From positions 2,190,001 through 2,222,000 of the forward strand of contig CP178758.1 of the NCBI GenBank assembly GCA_047651235.1: a stretch of DNA of 32,000 bases, in the 5' to 3' direction. The stretch comes from Candidatus Electrothrix yaqonensis (GTDB lineage: Bacteria; Desulfobacterota; Desulfobulbia; Desulfobulbales; Desulfobulbaceae). The first letter of the stretch is position 1. The number at the start of each line of letters is the position of its first letter. This document shows positions 24,103 through 31,659 of this stretch, one piece after another. The notes below the pieces were generated by a model that was given only the letters and a program-made list of their open reading frames with translations, did not search any database and had not been told where the DNA came from. The position numbers and the translations under genes were made by a program.

Positions 24103-25056
24103 ATGAAAACCCTGCAGTTTGACAACGGTGATCAAATGCCCGTCCTCGGCCTGGGCACCTGGAAATCCAAACCGGGCGAGGTCTACGAAGCAGTCAAAGC
24201 GGCCCTGCGCATAGGCTACCGCCATATTGACTGCGCGCCTATCTACGGCAATGAATCCGAGGTGGGCAGGGCTCTGGCTGAGTCCGTTGAGGAAGGTGTT
24301 GTGACGAGAGATCAGTTATGGATCACCTCCAAGTTATGGAACGACCGCCATGCACCCGAAGATGTGCAGTCTGCCCTGGAAAAGACCTTGGCTGATCTCC
24401 GGCTGGATTACCTTGATCTCTACCTGATCCATTGGCCGGTGGTGCATAAAAAAGGATTCCTTTTTGCCCGGACCGGCAAGGATATGATCGCATTGGATGA
24501 CCTGCCGCCTGCCCGGACCTGGGAGGCTATGGAAGCCCTGAAGGACAAGGGACTGTGCCGCCATATCGGGGTAAGCAATTTCAATATCGCCAAACTGAAA
24601 GAGCTGCTGGCTCATGCACGACTGCAGCCGGAGATGAATCAGATTGAACTGCATCCCTACCTGCAGCAGCCTGAGATGCTTTCCTTTTGCCGGGAGAACA
24701 GAATTTCCCTTACGGCCTACTCCCCCCTGGGTTCACCGGACCGGCCTGCTGACCTGAAGGAACAGGACGAACCGCTGCTCCTAGGGGATCCGACGGTTGT
24801 CAGAATAGCCGACCGCCACGGCTGCAGCCCGGCTCAGATACTCATCAGCTGGGCGATTCACCGGCAGACAGCGGTTATTCCCAAGTCGGTGAACTCGGCC
24901 AGGATACAGGAAAATCTGGCTGCAGCCGAACTGACGCTCTCTCAGGAGGAGATGCTGGAGATAGCCGGGCTTGACCGGAACCGTCGCTATGTGAGCGGGG
25001 CATTCTGGGCTCTGAAAGACGGACCGTACACCGTGGCCAACCTCTGGAACGAGTAA
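24103..25056 (+). CDS. Aldo/keto reductase (DkgA / aldehyde reductase-like)
   Basis: 317 aa from the ATG at 24103 (SD AGGAG 7 nt upstream; the ORF-track ORF starts at 23956). 'MPVLGLGTWK', the catalytic tetrad context 'HIDCAPIYGNE', 'ITSKLW' and 'LIHWP', plus 'IPKSVNSARIQEN'. Confidence 0.9.
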   Translation: MKTLQFDNGDQMPVLGLGTWKSKPGEVYEAVKAALRIGYRHIDCAPIYGNESEVGRALAESVEEGVVTRDQLWITSKLWNDRHAPEDVQSALEKTLADLRLDYLDLYLIHWPVVHKKGFLFARTGKDMIALDDLPPARTWEAMEALKDKGLCRHIGVSNFNIAKLKELLAHARLQPEMNQIELHPYLQQPEMLSFCRENRISLTAYSPLGSPDRPADLKEQDEPLLLGDPTVVRIADRHGCSPAQILISWAIHRQTAVIPKSVNSARIQENLAAAELTLSQEEMLEIAGLDRNRRYVSGAFWALKDGPYTVANLWNE

Positions 25057-25104
25057 GGTTCTTCTTCAGTTACAGGAAAACCAACTGCCACAGCTGCCCA
25101 ATGG

Positions 25105-25146
25105 ATAAGTATCCGGTTCCTCAATCAACCGGCACCGGATACTTAT
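25105..25146 (+). terminator. Possible terminator hairpin after the AKR gene
   Basis: ATAAGTATCCGGT (25105-25117), a 16-nt loop, then ACCGGATACTTAT (25134-25146), followed by TATT. The loop itself can form CCGGTT/AACCGG. Confidence 0.4.
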
Positions 25147-25334
25147 TATTCGTTAATCCATGAACATCGCTGACATCTTCTGACTTTTTTTATAGTTTTG
25201 TTTATAGAGGGAGAGGGGTCTGAAGAGGAGACGGAATGTCTTTTTGAAAGATTGAAATTCAAGTATCCGAAAAGAAATAGAAAAAAGAGACCTGCTCCTA
25301 AGAACGATATTTTTTGATAAAATAGTTTGTTCAT
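25146..25334 (-). CDS. Candidate small membrane protein
   Basis: 62 aa. SD AAGGAG lies 8 nt upstream. One TM ('ISFLGAGLFFLFLFGYL'). AT-rich. No homology recognised. Confidence 0.3.
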   Translation of the reverse strand: MNKLFYQKISFLGAGLFFLFLFGYLNFNLSKRHSVSSSDPSPSINKTIKKVRRCQRCSWINE

Positions 25335-25438
25335 TTTTAATCTCCTTTTTTATTACGTTATCACCTGGTTTGTACCTCTCTGTTATGAAAGCAAAAAAAG
25401 TACCTGTTTGTTTAGCTGAAAGAGTAATAGTATATATC

Positions 25439-25512
25439 TTGTTAAAATAATTAAGATTGCTACTTAAAATACAAAAAGCAGCCTGATCCAAATAGTTTAA
25501 TTATTTTAACAA
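25439..25512. repeat. 16-bp perfect inverted repeat in AT-rich non-coding DNA
   Basis: TTGTTAAAATAATTAA (25439-25454) and TTAATTATTTTAACAA (25497-25512) are exact reverse complements, 42 nt apart. Confidence 0.7.
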
Positions 25513-25665
25513 TTTAACTGAAGATGAAGTTTAATGGGTAACAGCAGAAAAGCAGCAAGTTACGATATAACAAAAAACTGCTGTTAAATTACCGGAGCGA
25601 AAAAACAACAAGTTAATTCTATAAGTTATTATTTGAACCGATATAATACGAAATAAAAAATCGTA

Positions 25666-26043
25666 TTACCTGAGGATAAAAAAAAAGAACCAGCTTCTGT
25701 CTATCATTAATGCCATGATATCATATCTCTGCCGCCCGGACAACGAGTCATCCGCCGCATTTCTGCAGGCTGAATTTCCCGGAATCCGGGAGACAGAAAA
25801 TATACCAGATATCAGGCTGCTTCGGCAAAGGTATCTGTCAGATGCGGTTTGCTGACACCTCCCTGAGATGTGCCACCCAGTATTGCCAGGGGCGATATCC
25901 TCGCTGCAGGTGTATGGACAGCCGGAAAAGTTCTTTTCCCGCAGCGGGCAGAGACCGTATTTCAATCCGCAGATGATCTTTGCTGCATGCTCCAGAGCCA
26001 ACTCGCTGATGTTCCGCTCCCTATATCGTTTTTCGGTCTGCAT
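25666..26043 (-). CDS. Hypothetical Cys-rich protein (3' part may be frame-corrupted)
   Basis: 125 aa. SD GGAGGAG lies 6 nt upstream. 'LEHAAKIICGLKYGLCPLREKNFSGCPYTCSEDI'. The last ~60 aa are S/R-rich and run into AT-rich DNA, which suggests decay. Confidence 0.35.
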   Translation of the reverse strand: MQTEKRYRERNISELALEHAAKIICGLKYGLCPLREKNFSGCPYTCSEDIAPGNTGWHISGRCQQTASDRYLCRSSLISGIFSVSRIPGNSACRNAADDSLSGRQRYDIMALMIDRSWFFFFILR

Positions 26044-26213
26044 GGTTTTCTCCTCCTTTTGTACAGCAGGGACAGAAAGACGAAATCCGGTGACAGTTCA
26101 GCGTCACTTTCCCTTCCGCTTCAATCTGTCCGATATGATCCTTACGGTACTGCAAAAGAAACCATCGTCAGTTACGCATATTCACAGCCTGAATACCCCA
26201 GGGCTGTTCAATT

Positions 26214-26772
26214 CTAGAAAATCCCGGCGTAATCAAACAGACGATTTATATCCATACAGTTCCTGAAAAGCTCCCGGCTGACATTTTTCACCTTGTTCTT
26301 ACGAAGAATATTGAGAGCGAAGCTTCTCAGTTTCGCAAATATGTGCGGATTGCAACGAATTCGGGAGCGGTCAAATGCGGTCGGATAAACCGAGTTCTTT
26401 CATCAGTTTCCGCGCCGCCGGGATTTCATTGCTTTTCTCCCTGATTTCTTCATGGCCGAGAACGACGGCGCGGTCGCCAGCAAAAGCACTCAATATCTGA
26501 AGCTGATTAATATCCTTCATGTTATCGAAACTTCCCCGGAGAGTTTTGCCGTCGCAACGAATAAATTCTCCGTCCGGTTCCTCTTCCGCGAGAGCTTTGC
26601 CGTGCTCCCTGAAAATCCGCTCAAGTTCCGAACCGCTCAGGATCGCCATGATCGAAAACAGAAGAATATGCGTAAGCTCATATCGCCGGCCCTGCCCGCG
26701 TCGATGATCTTTGATTGTGTTCAGCAAAAAAACAGCATGCAGAATCCTCGTGTAAAGTTTTTCTGTATCAAT
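26214..26772 (-). mobile_element. ISAs1-family transposase remnant (internal deletion of the DDE core, frames disrupted)
   Basis: N-terminal part, inside ORF 26371..26991: 'FLLNTIKDHRRGQGRRYELTHILLFSIMAILSG...IRCDGKTLRGSFD...ILSAFAGDRAVVLGHEEIREKSNEIPAARKLMKELGLS'. C-terminal tail, in another frame (26214-26339): 'FAKLRSFALNILRKNKVKNVSRELFRNCMDINRLFDYAGIF*'. The ~200 aa between them are missing. Confidence 0.7.
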
Positions 26773-27357
26773 TACTGCATACGTCTTGAAAATACAAGCT
26801 CTTATAGAATTGAACAGCCCTGCCTCAAAGATGAACTTGACTGAGATCCAGATCGGCAGGCCCCCGACGAAAGCGCCGACGACCATAAAGAAGATTCCTA
26901 AGTACTTATGAGGTGGCTCCTCGTACCTGAACGGGAACTGACTAAAATCCCATTCTATAGCTGGAGCAACATAATTTGAATATGCCCACAAGAGGCATAA
27001 GTTTTGCCTTCACGCCTTTCAGATAGCTGATCCTGTATTCAGTTTATACTGCTCCAGCTATAGTATCTTTCGGCAGAACTCAGGTGCTTGTAGCTCATTT
27101 GTAACTAAGGAAGGACTGTTTGATGCCAGGGGGGTTAACGTCCTCTGGCGGCGGGTTGACGAGGTGCTGCTGGATGCGGTCATTGCCCCGGATGAACGGG
27201 TGATTGTCAGCCGACTGCAGTCGCCGGTGCCGGTGCCGGGGATGAAGGTGCAGGAGGAATGATATATCCTGGAAGTTGTCGTATTTTCAGTTGTTTTTTT
27301 GCCGTAATACCTGGATAAAAGAATGAAGTACAAGTTAATTTTAAGGAACGGCTATGG

Positions 27358-27939
27358 CTAAATATATTTACACACTGTCCGTTGAATATCCTGCTGCACC
27401 TGTTCGGGCGGCCAGGCAGCGTCAATCCGCACTATGCTGGGATCGCTGAAGGAGGCAAAATGCTTTGCCACTTTGCGGAGCTGATCAAGCTGCTCAAAAT
27501 CGTTGAGTGCCTCACCCCTGCCTTCCCGGATACGGGCAATGGAAAGCTCCGGGTTCATAGTCAGCAGGACAACCAGATCCGGCGTCGGAGCAAAGCTGTT
27601 GCGGGCAAAGATGTCCGTCGGGTCCAGGCCTGCAGCCCCTTGGTACGCCGCTGTTGAATAATAGTACCGATCCGTAAGGACGATTTTTCCAGCTGTCAGT
27701 TCCGGCCTGATAAACTCCTGCACATGAAGGCGCCGATCTTCAATAAAGAGGTTCAGCTCCTCTTCCGGGGTGCAGCTGCCCCGATCCTGATATAATTCCC
27801 GGATACGTCGGCCGTACCTGCTGTTCGTGGGCTCATAGGTCGTGATCACCGGCAAGCCCTGTTCCCGGAGAAACTCGGCCAGCAGACGCAGCTGGGTTGA
27901 TTTGCCTGTGCCGTCAATCCCCTCAAAGGCAATCAGCAT
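27358..27939 (-). CDS. tmk: Thymidylate (dTMP) kinase
   Basis: 193 aa from the ATG at 27939 ('MLIAFEGIDGTGKSTQ' P-loop). The ORF-track start at 27996 would overlap pdxA. Also 'LTDRYYYSTAAYQG' (DRY motif). Confidence 0.9.
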   Translation of the reverse strand: MLIAFEGIDGTGKSTQLRLLAEFLREQGLPVITTYEPTNSRYGRRIRELYQDRGSCTPEEELNLFIEDRRLHVQEFIRPELTAGKIVLTDRYYYSTAAYQGAAGLDPTDIFARNSFAPTPDLVVLLTMNPELSIARIREGRGEALNDFEQLDQLRKVAKHFASFSDPSIVRIDAAWPPEQVQQDIQRTVCKYI

Positions 27940-27947
27940 CCCTTTTT

Positions 27948-28955
27948 TCACACCTGTTCCCCTCTGTTCCTGGCAATCTCCGCTGCCATCTGCCAAGCCG
28001 CCCGCAAGCTGGCCGGGTCAGCTTTTCCCTGTCCGGCAATATCATAGGCTGTGCCGTGATCCACTGACGTGCGGACAATGGGCAGGCCCAGGGTCACATT
28101 GACGCCGTCCTGAAAATGGAGGAGCTTGAAGGGGATCAGGCCCTGATCATGGTACATGCAGACCACTGCGTCAAATTCTCCGTTTGCCGCCTTATAAAAG
28201 ACTGTATCCGGCGGCCAGGGACCGGTGATCTCTGCCGCGTTGTCCTCCTGCGTATATCCGGCCAGGGCCGGAGCAATGATCTCGATTTCCTCCCTACCGA
28301 ACATACCCTGCTCACCGCTGTGCGGATTCAGCCCGGCCACGGCAATTCTGGGGCGGCTGACGGCAAAGTCCCGGCGCAGCGAGTTCGCCGTCATACGGAG
28401 ACAGTCCTGAATTTCAGCGATGCTCAGCAGGCGGCTGACCTCTGCCAGCGGCTCGTGAATAGTGACCAGAACGACCCGCAGCCGGGAGCCTGCCATCATC
28501 ATCCGATAATGAGCAGAATCCGTCAGATCCGCAAGCATTTCCGTATGCCCGGGATAATGGATTCCTGCATTATTCAGCGCCTTTTTGGAGATAGGGCAGG
28601 TGACCATAGCAGAAAAATCCCCCTGCAGGGTTCCCTGCACCGCCGCCCGGATATATTCAGCCATAGCGAGCGAGGTCTCCCTGTTCGGCTCCCCCCAGCG
28701 CAGTTCTTCTGTATTCAGATGAGACAGCTCCAGCACCGGCACGGTTCCCGACCTGATCTGCTGACCGGGCTGCCAGGAAACCGGTTCCACCTGCACCCGC
28801 AGCAGTTCAGCCGTCCGGGAAAGCACGGCAAGATCACCGAGCACCACGGTCGGGCATTCTGCTCCGCTTTGCAGTCCGTCAAAAAAACGAATCAAAATTT
28901 CCGGACCGACCCCGACAGGGCAGCCCATAGTTATGGTTATGGCAATAGGTTTCAT
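27948..28955 (-). CDS. pdxA: 4-hydroxythreonine-4-phosphate dehydrogenase (PdxA family)
   Basis: 335 aa. 'IAITITMGCPVGVGPEI', 'YPGHTEMLA', 'VAGLNPHSGEQG', 'MYHDQGLIPFK' and 'VRTSVDHGTAYDIAGQGKA' are collinear with E. coli PdxA. Confidence 0.9.
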   Translation of the reverse strand: MKPIAITITMGCPVGVGPEILIRFFDGLQSGAECPTVVLGDLAVLSRTAELLRVQVEPVSWQPGQQIRSGTVPVLELSHLNTEELRWGEPNRETSLAMAEYIRAAVQGTLQGDFSAMVTCPISKKALNNAGIHYPGHTEMLADLTDSAHYRMMMAGSRLRVVLVTIHEPLAEVSRLLSIAEIQDCLRMTANSLRRDFAVSRPRIAVAGLNPHSGEQGMFGREEIEIIAPALAGYTQEDNAAEITGPWPPDTVFYKAANGEFDAVVCMYHDQGLIPFKLLHFQDGVNVTLGLPIVRTSVDHGTAYDIAGQGKADPASLRAAWQMAAEIARNRGEQV

Positions 28956-29089
28956 TAAATTGCGAATTTATCGTTGAAAAGAGAAAAGGGGATCTGTATG
29001 CTGAAACGCAATATGCCATAAAAACAAAATTCAGTCACATAAAAAGGCGCTGAAGCGATGGAATAAAAGGCGGGGGGATAACAAAGAAA

Positions 29090-29149
29090 AAGAACTTAGA
29101 CAGTACCTTCTTGTTCAAATATGAACAAGAAGGTACTGTCTAAGTTCTT
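29090..29149 (-). terminator. 28-bp perfect palindrome; likely terminator of the 29170..29922 gene
   Basis: AAGAACTTAGACAGTACCTTCTTGTTCA (29090-29117), loop AATA, then the exact reverse complement (29122-29149). On the minus strand it starts 20 nt after the stop and is followed by TTTCTTTGT. Confidence 0.6.
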
Positions 29150-29169
29150 GAACACTAATCTGTCTGGCT

Positions 29170-29922
29170 TTATTCAAAAATTTCCTCATCGACTGATTCT
29201 TCTTCCATAATTTCTTCTTGCAGATCGTCGTCTTCCTGCTCCAGAATCTCGCTGTGAACGGCAGAATCGCGTGTATCCGGCTCTTCAGGAGTGAAAAGAG
29301 CAGCAGTCATCATTTCTATTTCTTCTTCGGGTATTCCATCTTCTCGTAAATCAGCAATAAAGTTATCGCGCATTTCTTCCGGAGTGGATGCAGGCTGATT
29401 ATATGTCTCCAAATTTTCTGTTCTTGCCATCTCCTCTGCCATCCTTTTTATTTCTTCTTCAGGTAATCCGTCATTACGCAAATCGGCAGCAATTATATCT
29501 TTAAATATTAGCTGTTCCGCTGTCAGCTGCTTTTTTCCAGGTGATGAAGAATCTGACTCTTTAAAAGCAGAAGCCATCATTTCTATATCTTCTTCAGGTA
29601 CTCCGTCTTCTCGCAGTTCTTCTTCAGATATCCTGTTTTGTTGTGGTAAGCCACCAAGCTTTTCCTTTGTATTGTTTTTGTTATCATGGATATCCTTCGT
29701 CATTGTCTGTAGTAATTTGGTATCTTCTCCCAAGACCCGTTTTACTCTTTTCTGTTTGGCAGCAACTATTTTGTTTTCAATCGACCGTTTTACTTTTTCT
29801 TGTTCTGCAAAAGAGACTGTCGGTTTTTCGCACGTTTTTATTTTTAAATACTGTTCGTTTCCGATGTAATATCCAGAGAAAAAAATGATGAATGCAAAAA
29901 GAATAAAACGAATATATTTCAT
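29170..29922 (-). CDS. Membrane-anchored acidic repeat protein, function unknown
   Basis: 250 aa from the ATG at 29922, which removes the overlap with the upstream gene. TM 'IRFILFAFIIFFSGYYIG'. Three copies of 'LR(E/N)DG(V/L/I)PEE(D/E)I(E/K)(M/R)M'. Very acidic C-terminus. Confidence 0.6.
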   Translation of the reverse strand: MKYIRFILFAFIIFFSGYYIGNEQYLKIKTCEKPTVSFAEQEKVKRSIENKIVAAKQKRVKRVLGEDTKLLQTMTKDIHDNKNNTKEKLGGLPQQNRISEEELREDGVPEEDIEMMASAFKESDSSSPGKKQLTAEQLIFKDIIAADLRNDGLPEEEIKRMAEEMARTENLETYNQPASTPEEMRDNFIADLREDGIPEEEIEMMTAALFTPEEPDTRDSAVHSEILEQEDDDLQEEIMEEESVDEEIFE

Positions 29923-30005
29923 AGCGATATAAACAAGCTGCGATAGCAGGACAGACAGGTGGAAAATACAGTTGCTACCTGTCTGTCTGAACTGACGGAC
30001 ATAAT

Positions 30006-30356
30006 CTACTGGTTCTGAAACATATCTATGGCGGTGCATTCATAGTTAGTGGCAGGGCAAAGTCTGGAGCTGTCAGTTTGCCAAGTAGATGAACAATACA
30101 GTTCCACTGAAAGATTATTTGCTAAAGCATCACTAAGCTGATCACGCAAGTCATCATCATAGACTCTGCAATAATAATAAGTAGACCCCGCAGTGGTATA
30201 GCTCTTCAGCTGCCCGTATACCCATGCATATGACGTATTCGAGTACATTCTGGTGATTTTAAGCTGTGATGTCCAACCTGCTTCTGCCCTCCCCGCACTC
30301 ATCATTGCTGTTGCTGCAACCAGAAAACATCCAACTAATAATTGAACTTTCTTCAT
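30006..30356 (-). CDS. Small secreted 4-Cys protein, function unknown
   Basis: 116 aa from the ATG at 30356 (SD GGAGG 9 nt upstream). Signal peptide 'LLVGCFLVAATAMMSAGRAEA|GW'. The mature part is Tyr/Ser/Thr-rich with 4 Cys. Confidence 0.6.
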   Translation of the reverse strand: MKKVQLLVGCFLVAATAMMSAGRAEAGWTSQLKITRMYSNTSYAWVYGQLKSYTTAGSTYYYCRVYDDDLRDQLSDALANNLSVELYCSSTWQTDSSRLCPATNYECTAIDMFQNQ

Positions 30357-30672
30357 GATATTAGCCTCCATCCTAAAAAATACTTAACAGTGATTACATT
30401 ACCTATATTCAGGTATACAGTATATTTTAGAGAAAGGTCAAGTTTTTTTTGTGAGTATAATTCCTATGCACATAGTTCAAACATCACAGAGTGGCACCAG
30501 TTGCCCTTTTGACAAAAAAACGATAAAAGGCCGATAAAATAAATAAACAATGCATTCTCTTTTTTGAGAGGATGTGCAGCATAATGTATGCTACAGTTAC
30601 AGTATTCTGCTGTTCAGCAGGACAATAAACGGTACGGACCCACGCTTCCGGCGTATCGGACAAGGAGCGATC

Positions 30673-31659
30673 ATGGCGATCACACTCAGACAATTTGAAA
30701 TATTTATTGCTGTTGCTGAGACCAGACAGGTGACCAGAGCCAGCAAAAAACTCTTTCTGACCCAGTCGGCCGTGAGCATGGCCCTGGCCGAGCTGGAAAA
30801 TCAGCTGGGCGGCCCGTTGTTTGACCGGCACGGCCGCAGCCTCCTGCTCAATGACCGGGGCCGTTACCTGCTGCCCATGGCGAAGGAAATAACCTGTCAG
30901 GTCAGCAATATAGAAGATTTACTGACGGAAGAGAAAGAATCTGTTGCCGGATCACTGGAGATTATTGCCAGCTCCACGATCGGTAATTACGTCCTGCCCT
31001 ATCCTGTCGCCTTTTTCATGCGGATGTATCCGGAGGCGCATATTAATATGCTGGTGTCCAATACCAAGGACTCGGAACGTCTTGTTGCCCAGGGCGTCAT
31101 GGATCTCGGCTTTGTCGAAGGCGGCATCACGGACGAAGCTGTCCGCCTGATTCCCTGGATCGAGGACGAACTGCGGATTATTGTCAGTGCAGCGCATCCG
31201 CTTGCCCGGCACGATTTCTTCAGCCTGCCGGATGATCTTGTCAGAACAGCCTGGGTTCTGCGCGAAGACGGCTCCGGCACAGCGGAAATTTTCAAAAATA
31301 AACTGGGCGAACATGCTCCGCTGCTCAAGGTCGTCACCCGGATCGGCCACACCGAGGCCATCAAAAAGGCGGTGGAGGCCGGTGTGGGCGCAGCCTGTCT
31401 TTCCGAGCTGACCATCTGCCGGGAAGAGGAACAGGGCTGGCTGAAAAGTCTGGCCATCAAAGACGTCAACATGCGGCGCCAACTCTCTATTATTCAGCAC
31501 CGGGATAAAGCCATGACGCGACTGATGGACGAATTTCTGCGCTTCTGCTCCGTGATGGCCGAATGCGGTCTCGGCAGAGAATGCCTGTCGTCCCCGGAAA
31601 AGCTCAATGAGCTGCTGAAGCAGACCTGCAGCAGGCAGGATGCCGAAAAAACAATGTAA
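30673..31659 (+). CDS. LysR-family transcriptional regulator (YeiE-like)
   Basis: 328 aa from the ATG at 30673 (SD AAGGAG 6 nt upstream). HTH 'MAITLRQFEIFIAVAETRQVTRASKKLFLTQSAVSMALAELENQLGGPLFDR'. 'SSTIGNYVLP', 'WVLREDGSGT' and 'GHTEAIKKAVEAGVGAACLS' are collinear with E. coli YeiE as I recall it. Confidence 0.9.
   Translation: MAITLRQFEIFIAVAETRQVTRASKKLFLTQSAVSMALAELENQLGGPLFDRHGRSLLLNDRGRYLLPMAKEITCQVSNIEDLLTEEKESVAGSLEIIASSTIGNYVLPYPVAFFMRMYPEAHINMLVSNTKDSERLVAQGVMDLGFVEGGITDEAVRLIPWIEDELRIIVSAAHPLARHDFFSLPDDLVRTAWVLREDGSGTAEIFKNKLGEHAPLLKVVTRIGHTEAIKKAVEAGVGAACLSELTICREEEQGWLKSLAIKDVNMRRQLSIIQHRDKAMTRLMDEFLRFCSVMAECGLGRECLSSPEKLNELLKQTCSRQDAEKTM

Noticed and set aside
324-28958. Many long ORFs in the six-frame track that lie antisense to, or out of frame within, stronger genes. 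Examples: 324..602, 855..1244, 2598..3053, 4377..4874, 5867..6541, 10365..11153, 11244..12386, 14144..14875, 19888..20379, 20928..21848, 23231..23683, 28116..28958 and 30952..31500.
   Set aside because: They overlap genes with clear family motifs. They have low-complexity, R/S/P-rich translations typical of shadow frames in GC-biased coding DNA. They also lack SD sequences.
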